33,028 nucleotides of DNA from an uncultured virus (IMG/VR IMGVR_UViG_3300045940_000149) (lineage: Duplodnaviria > Heunggongvirae > Uroviricota > Caudoviricetes). Each line of letters opens with the position of its first letter. Within the stretch, counting starts at the first letter, position 1. Shown here in pieces: positions 8,871 through 15,694 of the stretch. The DNA is taken from IMG/VR virus record IMGVR_UViG_3300045940_000149, one strand, 5' to 3'. The position numbers and the translations under genes were made by a program. The notes under the pieces are model-generated. The model had not been told where the DNA came from. It made no database searches and saw only the letters and a program-made list of their open reading frames with translations.

Positions 8871-9314
8871 ATGACTGCCGTTGAATATGGTTCGCTCCGC
8901 GAGAAGATCGCCGCGGAAACCAAGGCCCGCAAGGCCCGCTACGCCGCCTTCGAGGCCGCCTACGCCAAGGCCGCCGCCGCCGCCAAGGCCGCGGGCGAGG
9001 CCGCCAAGCCCCGCGCCATGGTCGTGTTCGACGCCGATCTCGCCGGGAAGCCGGTCGAGGGCGGCAACCGCTGGTACGAAGCGGAAGGGGTCTGCGGGTT
9101 CGCGTGGGTAACGGTCTATCCCGGCACGTCGAGCTTCGCCAAGTGGCTGGTCAAGAACAAGCTGGCCCGGGCGGCCTACCGCGGCGGCGTCGATATCTGG
9201 ATCTCTGACTTCGGTCAGTCGCTGGAGCGGAAGGAAGCCGCCGCCCGCGCGATGGCGGAAGTGCTGACCACCGAGCTGGGCGTCAAAGCCTACGCCGGAT
9301 CTCGGATGGACTGA
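8871..9314 (+). CDS. Conserved phage hypothetical protein (CGFAWV motif)
   Basis: ATG 8871 with AAGGA SD; GVCGFAWV...QSLERKEAAARA...YAGSRMD. Confidence 0.75.
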   Translation: MTAVEYGSLREKIAAETKARKARYAAFEAAYAKAAAAAKAAGEAAKPRAMVVFDADLAGKPVEGGNRWYEAEGVCGFAWVTVYPGTSSFAKWLVKNKLARAAYRGGVDIWISDFGQSLERKEAAARAMAEVLTTELGVKAYAGSRMD

Positions 9315-9320
9315 ACCACC

Positions 9321-9344
9321 GGCCGCCGGGTTCGCCCGGCGGTC
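9321..9344 (+). other. GC-rich intergenic hairpin with UUCG loop
   Basis: GGCCGCCGGG-TTCG-CCCGGCGGTC; no U tract. Confidence 0.6.
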
Positions 9345-9363
9345 ACACCTGAAAGGACACGAC

Positions 9364-9555
9364 GTGTTCGGCAACCGCACGCTCAAAGAGATCAACCGAG
9401 AGCTACGCGAGACCCGCGCCGAGATGCGCGCCAAGGGCATCAGGCGAACGTCCTGCTTCAACGGCGGGCTCAGCGGCGAGGCATACAGCCTGAACGCCCG
9501 CATGTTCCGACTCGAAACTGAACGGCAAGACGCCATCAAGAAAGGTGACCGATGA
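9364..9555 (+). CDS. Hypothetical protein (63 aa)
   Basis: GTG start with AAAGGA SD; ATGA overlap with next gene. Confidence 0.7.
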   Translation: MFGNRTLKEINRELRETRAEMRAKGIRRTSCFNGGLSGEAYSLNARMFRLETERQDAIKKGDR

Positions 9556-9881
9556 CCGACAAGACTGCCAAGATCCGCGAATTGAACGACCTGTTGCGCG
9601 GCACGTTCCTGCCGCAGCTCGGCCGGGTGGTTCTCACCGAAGGCATCCGCGACCACGACAAGCGCGAGGACTTCCTGACCAAGGTGCGCGAGTTCAAGGA
9701 CTTCACGGACGGCGACGACCCGTACGGCGAGCACGACTTCGGCGCGATCGAGGTCAACGGCGAGAAGGCGTTCTTCAAGATCGACTACTACGACAAGGCA
9801 TTCGAGTACGGCAGCGAAGACCCTGCCGATCCCAAGGTCACGGGCCGGGTGCTGACCATCATGCTGGCAGCGGAGTACTGA
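9552..9881 (+). CDS. DUF3768 family protein
   Basis: IRELND..R, DPYGEHDFG, FFKIDYYD, GSEDPADP..T.RVLTIMLA.EY. Confidence 0.9.
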   Translation: MTDKTAKIRELNDLLRGTFLPQLGRVVLTEGIRDHDKREDFLTKVREFKDFTDGDDPYGEHDFGAIEVNGEKAFFKIDYYDKAFEYGSEDPADPKVTGRVLTIMLAAEY

Positions 9882-9884
9882 GCG

Positions 9885-10193
9885 ATGCGCAAGTTCGAAG
9901 TCTGGTACATGCGGCCCGAGCACTTCCGCGACGGCATCTGCGGGCTCGGCAAGCCGATCGCGGCCGATCTCGGTAAGACCCACATCCGCCTGCGCGAGAT
10001 CGAAGCGGACAACCTCGAAGCGGTGTTCGTCGAGATGCAGGGCGAGCGCTGGTCGCCCAACGGCGAAGCCTTCGGCATGATCAAGGCGCTCGGGTTGCGG
10101 CATACCAGCATGTCGGTCGGCGACGTGGCGATCGACCTTGCCACCCGGGAAGTCTGGAAGGTTGCCCGGTTCGGCTTCGAGAAAGTAGAGTGA
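9885..10193 (+). CDS. YodL-like domain protein
   Basis: LEAVF..MQ...GLRHTSMSVGDV motif. Confidence 0.65.
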   Translation: MRKFEVWYMRPEHFRDGICGLGKPIAADLGKTHIRLREIEADNLEAVFVEMQGERWSPNGEAFGMIKALGLRHTSMSVGDVAIDLATREVWKVARFGFEKVE

Positions 10194-10201
10194 AAGCACC
10201 C

Positions 10202-10230
10202 CTTGCGGGATAGGCCATTACGCCCTATAT
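10202..10230 (+). promoter_or_regulatory. Island promoter P3 with operator 10211-10227
   Basis: CTTGCG-N17-CTATAT; TAGGCCATTACGCCCTA. Confidence 0.8.
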
Positions 10231-10246
10231 AAGGGGTGGAGGGAAA

Positions 10247-11044
10247 ATGACCACCGCCGCCCTGTTCACCCGAGCTGGCACCGCCCACGGCGGTGCCGTT
10301 TACCTCACCGGCAAGGGTAAGCCCGCCTTTCAGAGGCACCGGACCTGCCACCGCTGCGGTGGCGCTGGCGGTGCCGACGTTTGGGCGGCCACCGGCTGGA
10401 CCTGCTACGGCTGCGGCGGCACCGGCCACAAGGGTCTCGAAACCGTCCGGCTCTACACCGAAGCCGAGCTGGCCAAGCTGAACGCCACCGCCGCGAAGCG
10501 GGCGGCGAAGAAGGCCGCGGTCGCCGCCGAGCTGGCCGCCGCCGCCGCCGCGGAAGCCGACGCTAAGCGGGCGGGCTTCCTCGAAACCTACGGCGAGCTG
10601 CTGGCCAAGGCGGAAGCCTTCAAGGGCCGGAACGAATTCATCGCCGACGTGCTGCGCAAGGCGCATGAGAAGGCCGAGCTGACCGAGAAGCAGGCTGCCG
10701 CGCTCGCCGCCGCGATCGAGCGGATCGCCACCGAAGACGCCGTCAAGGCCGCGAGCGGCCACGTCGGCAAGGTCGGCGAGCGGATCACCGCCGCGGTCAC
10801 GGTCGAGCGGGTCGCGAGCTACGCGCGGGCCGCGTTCGGGTTCCGCAATAGCGAGGAAACGGTCTGGATCGTGACCATGCGCGACGCCGCCGGGAACGCG
10901 ATCGTGAGCAAGACCCCCCGGTTCCACGCCGAGAAGGGCGAGAAGTTCCTGCTGACTGCCACCGTGAAAGAGCACGGCGAATACAACGGCGAGAAGCAGA
11001 CGGTGGTCATGCGGGTGAAGACCGCAGACCTTGCTGCAGAGTGA
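10247..11044 (+). CDS. Zn-finger (CxxCGGxG x2) + helical + putative OB-fold nucleic-acid-binding protein
   Basis: CHRCGGAG...CYGCGGTG; Ala-rich helix; HVGKVGERIT...VKEHGEYNGEKQTV; GGAGG SD. Confidence 0.7.
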   Translation: MTTAALFTRAGTAHGGAVYLTGKGKPAFQRHRTCHRCGGAGGADVWAATGWTCYGCGGTGHKGLETVRLYTEAELAKLNATAAKRAAKKAAVAAELAAAAAAEADAKRAGFLETYGELLAKAEAFKGRNEFIADVLRKAHEKAELTEKQAAALAAAIERIATEDAVKAASGHVGKVGERITAAVTVERVASYARAAFGFRNSEETVWIVTMRDAAGNAIVSKTPRFHAEKGEKFLLTATVKEHGEYNGEKQTVVMRVKTADLAAE

Positions 11045-11059
11045 AGGGAGAAGGAAGCG

Positions 11060-11455
11060 ATGAAACTCGGAACACAGACCGGCTCTTTGACGAACCACGT
11101 TCTGGCCCGCGCGGTGAAGGGCCAGCCCGACGCAACGGTCGGCATGGGCGCGACCATGCTGTCTTGGACCGACCGCTACCCCGGCACGGTGATCGGCATC
11201 GCCCGCGAGCGCGGCGCGACGGTGCTCACGGTGCGCGAGGACAACGCCACCCGGACCGACAAGAACGGGTTCAGCGAGAGCCAGACCTACCTGTTCGAGC
11301 CCAACGAGAACGGCCGCGTCCACCTGTTCAAGATGAACAAGCACGGCATGTGGGACGAAGTCGCCCGCAATGAGAAGACCGGGCGGCTGGTCAAGACCGG
11401 AGGCTACGGCCTGCGGATCGGCGAGCGCGCCAAGTACCACGACTTCAGCTTCTGA
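11060..11455 (+). CDS. Conserved phage hypothetical protein (131 aa)
   Basis: AAGGA SD; VGMGAT...TDRYPGTVI...LRIGER..YHDFSF. Confidence 0.75.
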   Translation: MKLGTQTGSLTNHVLARAVKGQPDATVGMGATMLSWTDRYPGTVIGIARERGATVLTVREDNATRTDKNGFSESQTYLFEPNENGRVHLFKMNKHGMWDEVARNEKTGRLVKTGGYGLRIGERAKYHDFSF

Positions 11456-11467
11456 ACGGAGGGATGG

Positions 11468-11653
11468 ATGAAACCAAAGACCTACACCGTGGTCGAGAAC
11501 GCCGGATACGAAGGCGAGCGGGTGGTGCGCGAGGGCATCAAGCATCTCGCTGAAGCTCTGGCGTGGATGACCAACAAGTACAGCGACGACGAGATCGAGG
11601 CGTTGCACGTGCTGGTCCGCAAGGAATACGCGGACGGAACGTCGGAGTACTGA
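11468..11653 (+). CDS. Hypothetical protein (61 aa)
   Basis: GGAGG SD; compact packing. Confidence 0.7.
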   Translation: MKPKTYTVVENAGYEGERVVREGIKHLAEALAWMTNKYSDDEIEALHVLVRKEYADGTSEY

Positions 11654-11656
11654 GCG

Positions 11657-11893
11657 ATGTGGCGCGAGCGCTGGAATAGCTGCCGGTTCTGCAAGGGGCC
11701 GATGGTGCCGTCCGACGAGCTGGTCAAGTACGGCACCCGGCACTACGCGCATCCGCGCTGCTACTTCGATGCAGGCAAGCCGCTCGCCGCGCTGCCGCTC
11801 CACGAAATCGAGAAGTTGCCCTACTTCCTGCTGAAGGAACGCGGCCTGCTCGATCAGGCGCAAGAGCTGACAAAGAGAAGGTGGAAAGCATGA
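11657..11893 (+). CDS. Putative Zn-binding hypothetical protein (78 aa)
   Basis: CRFC...HYAHPRC; GGAG SD. Confidence 0.7.
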   Translation: MWRERWNSCRFCKGPMVPSDELVKYGTRHYAHPRCYFDAGKPLAALPLHEIEKLPYFLLKERGLLDQAQELTKRRWKA

Positions 11894-12081
11894 CCGACCG
11901 CTACCGAGCCAGCCCCTGCCCCTGCGGCTCTGGCCGACCGTCCACATGGGCATACGACGCCCGCGGGATTCCGCTCTGCCGGACCTGCGTGGTCTGCCAC
12001 AAGCGCAAGATGGCCGGTTACCGGCCGGACGTGCTGACCGACCCCAATTACTGGAGCGACGAGCCGATCGATGCTGATTAG
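11890..12081 (+). CDS. Zn-ribbon hypothetical protein (63 aa)
   Basis: ATGA overlap; CPCGSG...YDARGIPLCRTCVVC...YRPDVL. Confidence 0.7.
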   Translation: MTDRYRASPCPCGSGRPSTWAYDARGIPLCRTCVVCHKRKMAGYRPDVLTDPNYWSDEPIDAD

Positions 12082-12352
12082 AAACTCGCTGCACGCCTTA
12101 ACCCTGCCGGTCGTCCACCTGAACGGCACGCACCGGGACGATCTCTTCAACGGCTACATCGCCGCGATCCACGCCCTTCGCGAGGCCGAGAAGGCGATAG
12201 CCGCCAGCGCGCCCAACGGGCGCGACTACTACCCGTCCGGACCAACGGCCATCAACGAAGCGCTTGCCGAGCATCGTGCCCGGCTGACCGTTATTCACAA
12301 GATAATTGCGGAATTGGAACATATTGCCATGCACGTCCAAGATAGTCCGTAG
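12071..12352 (+). CDS. Hypothetical protein (93 aa)
   Basis: LPVVHLNGT...APNGRDYYP; its TAG stop is the first 3 nt of an operator. Confidence 0.7.
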   Translation: MLIRNSLHALTLPVVHLNGTHRDDLFNGYIAAIHALREAEKAIAASAPNGRDYYPSGPTAINEALAEHRARLTVIHKIIAELEHIAMHVQDSP

Positions 12353-12386
12353 GCCCCCTTGCCCTATAGGCCATTACGCCCTATAT
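12350..12386 (+). promoter_or_regulatory. Island promoter P4 with tandem operators 12350-12366 and 12367-12383
   Basis: CTTGCC(12358)-N17-CTATAT(12381); nearly identical to P2. Confidence 0.8.
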
Positions 12387-12517
12387 GTATGGTGGAGGGA
12401 GAAATGGCCAAGACCGAAGTCGGAACCATCCTTCCCGCAGGCGCGGGGCGAACCGCCGCGTCCAAGATGGGGACGGGAGGCACGAACCTCCCGAGCCCCG
12501 CACATCTGGAAAGAACC

Positions 12518-12649
12518 ATGAAGACTATCTGGAAGGCAGAGCTGAAGAAGAAGCTCTGGATCTACCTCGAATACACCGAGTTTGGTCTGTTCGTCGTGGA
12601 CTATTGGGGCGGCAGCAAGTGGCTGGTGCCCGGAACGGAGGTCTACTGA
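12518..12649 (+). CDS. Small hypothetical protein (43 aa; alternative in-frame start 12404)
   Basis: MKTIWKAELKKKLWIYLEY...; TGATG overlap with next gene. Confidence 0.55.
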   Translation: MKTIWKAELKKKLWIYLEYTEFGLFVVDYWGGSKWLVPGTEVY

Positions 12650-12810
12650 TGTTGCCCGGTTGGATGATCGAAGAGCTGCGCCGCCGCCGCGAGCGCGAAG
12701 ACCGCGAGTTCGAGGAACGGCGACTGCCGCTCTACCTCCCGATCCCGGTGCCGCCTCCGGAGAAGACGCCGGAACGCAACGGCGAGATCGACTTCGAGAT
12801 CCGGTTTTAA
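12649..12810 (+). CDS. Small hypothetical protein (53 aa, MLPGWMIEELRRRR...)
   Basis: GGAGG SD, TGATG coupling. Confidence 0.65.
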   Translation: MLPGWMIEELRRRREREDREFEERRLPLYLPIPVPPPEKTPERNGEIDFEIRF

Positions 12811-12824
12811 GCGAGAGGACTGAC

Positions 12825-13043
12825 ATGACCTATGTCTACGTCGATGTGAACCGCCTGCAGCGCCAGATCCACGTCTACGGGCTCGACGACGAAGGCAACG
12901 ACATCTTCGATCAGGGCGAGTTCGAGTGGGGCGTCGAGGGCGACGCCTACCGCGACTACGCCGAAGCCCGCCGCGCCGCCGATCGCTTCGCCGCCAAGAA
13001 GGCGAAAGAGCACGGCTGCGATTGGGGCGCGAACGAAGAGTGA
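12825..13043 (+). CDS. Small acidic hypothetical protein (72 aa)
   Basis: GAGGA SD; MTYVYVDVNRLQRQIHVYGLDDEG. Confidence 0.7.
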   Translation: MTYVYVDVNRLQRQIHVYGLDDEGNDIFDQGEFEWGVEGDAYRDYAEARRAADRFAAKKAKEHGCDWGANEE

Positions 13044-13057
13044 AGGGAGATCATCTG

Positions 13058-13243
13058 ATGTGCGATACCTGCCACGACAAGCGCTACCTGATTGTCGAGC
13101 GAGCCGATGGCCGCGAAGCGATCGAGCGGTGCGATGCCTGCGCTCTCGACATAACCGATGCTGGTGCTGCCATCCTCGCTGCCCGCGACGGTTACCTGAC
13201 CGCGCTGGCCTATCCCTTCACCATGACGAAAGGAACGAAATGA
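13058..13243 (+). CDS. Small Zn-ribbon protein (61 aa)
   Basis: GGGAG SD; CDTC...ERCDAC; ATGA overlap. Confidence 0.65.
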   Translation: MCDTCHDKRYLIVERADGREAIERCDACALDITDAGAAILAARDGYLTALAYPFTMTKGTK

Positions 13244-13845
13244 CTACCCGCTACCTGAGCTGCGCCGAGACTGCCAAGCTGATCCGGGTCGCCCTGAAGA
13301 AGGCATTCCCGGGCGTCAAATTCTCGGTCCGATCGCACACCTACTCCGGTGGAGCCTCGATCCGAGTCGGCTGGACGGACGGCCCGACCACCAAGATGGT
13401 CGAGGCGGTCACCAACGCTTACGCCGGTGGCGGCTTCGACGGCATGATCGACCTGAAGTACTCGAAGTACGCATGGCTGATGCCGGACGGTTCGGCGACG
13501 TTCGCCGAGACCAAGGGCACCGCGAGTTCCATGGGCATGGTCGAGTCCCGATCGGAGCTGCAGCCTTCGTTCAGGGCCGAGAAGGTCCGGTTCGGCTCCG
13601 ACTATGTATTTACCGACCGGAAGTACTCCGAAGAGTTCGGCCGCCGGGCGTTCGAGGCCGCCTGCCGCAGGCACGGCGTTAACCCTGCCGAGTTCAAGCT
13701 GCTGCATTCCAGCGGGTTCGGCCCCTACATCGACCGAGCGACCGATCGCCGGATCAACGGCGGGAGCTGGGATATGTCCGATCTCTTGCATCAGGAACTC
13801 GTCCGGCGATGTGTTCACAACCCTGAGCAGGCTCTTGCGAGCTAG
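13240..13845 (+). CDS. LPD29 (large polyvalent protein-associated domain 29)-like protein
   Basis: AKLIRVALKKAFPGVKFSVRS...SIRVGWTDGPT...GGFDGMID; AAGGA SD, ATG 13240. Confidence 0.8.
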   Translation: MTTRYLSCAETAKLIRVALKKAFPGVKFSVRSHTYSGGASIRVGWTDGPTTKMVEAVTNAYAGGGFDGMIDLKYSKYAWLMPDGSATFAETKGTASSMGMVESRSELQPSFRAEKVRFGSDYVFTDRKYSEEFGRRAFEAACRRHGVNPAEFKLLHSSGFGPYIDRATDRRINGGSWDMSDLLHQELVRRCVHNPEQALAS

Positions 13846-13862
13846 GCCATTACGTCCTAGGA
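13834..13862 (+). promoter_or_regulatory. Island promoter P5 (degenerate -10) with operator 13843-13859, upstream of HTH gene
   Basis: CTTGCG-N17-CTAGGA; TAGGCCATTACGTCCTA. Confidence 0.65.
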
Positions 13863-13886
13863 GTTGCCGCAGATGCGGAGGTTCCC

Positions 13887-14156
13887 ATGGCCAAGCGCAA
13901 GACCGCTACCAAGAAGAAGACCGCGAAGCGCGTCATGACCAAAGAACAGTACCGAGAAGCGATCGACGCGCTCGACCTGAATCAAGTTCAGGCGGGCAGG
14001 TTCATCGGCGTCGGCCCGCGCACGTCGCGGCGCTGGGCGCTGGGCGAGGCCCCGATCCCGCGCGCCACCGCCATGCTGCTGCGGCTGATGGTGCGCAAGA
14101 AGCATTCGCCGGAAGACGTGGCGAGGATGGATTACGAGCGGCATCTTGAAATGTAG
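13887..14156 (+). CDS. XRE/Cro-type helix-turn-helix regulator
   Basis: MTKEQYREAIDALDLNQVQAGRFIGVGPRTSRRWALGEAPIP; basic N-terminal arm; GGAGG SD. Confidence 0.85.
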   Translation: MAKRKTATKKKTAKRVMTKEQYREAIDALDLNQVQAGRFIGVGPRTSRRWALGEAPIPRATAMLLRLMVRKKHSPEDVARMDYERHLEM

Positions 14157-14173
14157 GCCATTACGCCCTATAT
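14145..14173 (+). promoter_or_regulatory. Island promoter P6 with operator 14154-14170
   Basis: CTTGAA-N17-CTATAT; TAGGCCATTACGCCCTA. Confidence 0.8.
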
Positions 14174-14198
14174 TAGTATTGGAAGGGAGGTAAGACTA

Positions 14199-14402
14199 AT
14201 GACCCGCCTGATCAGAGACGGACCGGTGACGGCCCGGCTCGTTAAAGTCGTCGGAGCGAACGGCACGCTGATGGGGTTGGTTCCCGCCAACCTGACCTTG
14301 CGCGAGGTCCGCGTGATGTTCGGTAACCATACGATCCGATGGAACGGTCATCTGGCCTGCTGGGAGAGCAAAGAGACCGAAACCACGGCCAACGCGGCCT
14401 AG
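14199..14402 (+). CDS. Hypothetical protein (67 aa)
   Basis: GGAGGT SD directly after P6; stop overlaps the convergent gene's stop (CTAG). Confidence 0.65.
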   Translation: MTRLIRDGPVTARLVKVVGANGTLMGLVPANLTLREVRVMFGNHTIRWNGHLACWESKETETTANAA

Positions 14403-14578
14403 GACTTCCCGGCCTTGGCCTTGTCCTCGGCGATCCCCTGCCTGATCGCCTGCATCAACGGATCATCCGGCTTCGGAGGGTTAAATCCCTCGCCATAGGT
14501 GTCGTCCGCGTAGAGCGGACCGGCTGGCGTCTCGACGATGAGCGGCCCGCGGTCGGTGCGCTTTGGCAATGGCTTCAT
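14399..14578 (-). CDS. Small Pro/Asp-rich protein (59 aa) downstream of zeta-toxin gene
   Basis: Hand-translated MKPLPKRTDRGPLIVETPAGPLYADDTYGEGFNPPKPDDPLMQAIRQGIAEDKAKAGKS; ATG 3 nt after upstream stop; just below the ORF-track cutoff. Confidence 0.6.
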   Translation of the reverse strand: MKPLPKRTDRGPLIVETPAGPLYADDTYGEGFNPPKPDDPLMQAIRQGIAEDKAKAGKS

Positions 14579-14581
14579 GGC

Positions 14582-15694
14582 CTACTTCCCTTTTCCACCT
14601 TCGGCGACCAGCTTGAGCTTGTCCCCGTTGTTATCAAACAATTTCCAGCTCCGGAACTCCGACTTCAGCGAGTCGAATGTCTTCTCGTTGGTCGTGCTGG
14701 CGATCGTCACTTCCGGCGGCACGAACCGCCCGCTGTAGTCGCCCTTCTTGTGCCGGAACCGGCCGACCGTCCGCACGGCCGATTCGATCGGCGACGTGCT
14801 GACGAAGTACCCGTCCGCCTCGTAACCCGCCTGCTGGTAGGCCGCAAGCCGCCCGGCGGCGGTTTTTTGCGTCTTCATAGTCGAATCGAAGATGACGTTG
14901 ATCTTCAGCTCGCGGGCCATCTCTTCGATACGATCGCCAATCTCTTGCGCCTCGCCGTTGAACAGGCCAGCCAGCCGGGGCTCGTATCCGGGCAAATGTT
15001 CCTGCACGTCGTCTGCGGATATATATAGGCTCGATTCCATAATTTCAGCCGGTAGCGACGTGGTTTTGCCGCTGGCTGGTCGCCCACCGACCAGCGTCAC
15101 CAATGGCTTCTCGCCTGCTGGTGGCGTGTACTTGGCAATGTTCTCCGGGCTGAACAGCTTCATCTTGTTCTTGATAATGTCGGCGTGCACTGCCACGCGT
15201 TCCGGAGTGTACTTGCCGTCCGGTTGCTTGAATTGCGCCATGGTCGGAATGCGACCTTCCATATCGCGCTTGGCCTGATCGATCTCTTCGATATCACGCG
15301 GGCTCAGCCGCGCCCGCACTTCTTCCATCGTCGGCGTTTTGTAGCTCTCGTAAATCTCGGTGGCGGTCGGGTTCTTCCCGTACCCGCTCTCGGTGTCCTC
15401 GGCGAGACTGTCGTCGCCGCCCCCGCCGTCCGTCCAGCGTCCGCGCTCGTCGCGCGGATGCTTGCTCTCGTCGAACTCGCGCAGCAACACCTGCGCTCTG
15501 GCCTTGGCCCGCTTCCATTGGATCGATCGCTTCTCGGCTTCGCGCTTGGCGGGATCGGGCACGTAGAAGTGCGATCCGCCGCGGGCGTCCATGAAGGTGA
15601 TTTGCACCAAGGTGGCGTCGGCCTCGCTCGCCGGATCGAACTCGCCCTTGAAGTAGGCCAGCGTGGCCGGGCGTCCATCGACGGTGGCGGTCAT
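14582..15694 (-). CDS. PRDExGRWT-motif effector 5: zeta-toxin-like P-loop kinase
   Basis: ATG 15694 (GGAGG SD, ATGA overlap); FDESKHPRDERGRWTD; GGRPASGKTT Walker A, ISADDV, NVIFDSTM, R....GRFVP. Confidence 0.85.
   Translation of the reverse strand: MTATVDGRPATLAYFKGEFDPASEADATLVQITFMDARGGSHFYVPDPAKREAEKRSIQWKRAKARAQVLLREFDESKHPRDERGRWTDGGGGDDSLAEDTESGYGKNPTATEIYESYKTPTMEEVRARLSPRDIEEIDQAKRDMEGRIPTMAQFKQPDGKYTPERVAVHADIIKNKMKLFSPENIAKYTPPAGEKPLVTLVGGRPASGKTTSLPAEIMESSLYISADDVQEHLPGYEPRLAGLFNGEAQEIGDRIEEMARELKINVIFDSTMKTQKTAAGRLAAYQQAGYEADGYFVSTSPIESAVRTVGRFRHKKGDYSGRFVPPEVTIASTTNEKTFDSLKSEFRSWKLFDNNGDKLKLVAEGGKGK

Noticed and set aside
9321..9344. Hairpin as intrinsic terminator
   Set aside because: No downstream U tract; the next gene follows with no new promoter
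8163..12094. Long minus-strand ORFs 8163..10199 (678 aa) and 9788..12094 (768 aa)
   Set aside because: Antisense shadows of high-GC3 plus-strand genes that have SDs and recognisable families; no motifs of their own
7695..14173. Repeats as a CRISPR array or integron attC cassettes
   Set aside because: Spacing is 0.3-2.1 kb and filled with genes; no cas or integrase in the window; no attC RYYYAAC/GTTRRRY ends noticed; repeats match promoter geometry
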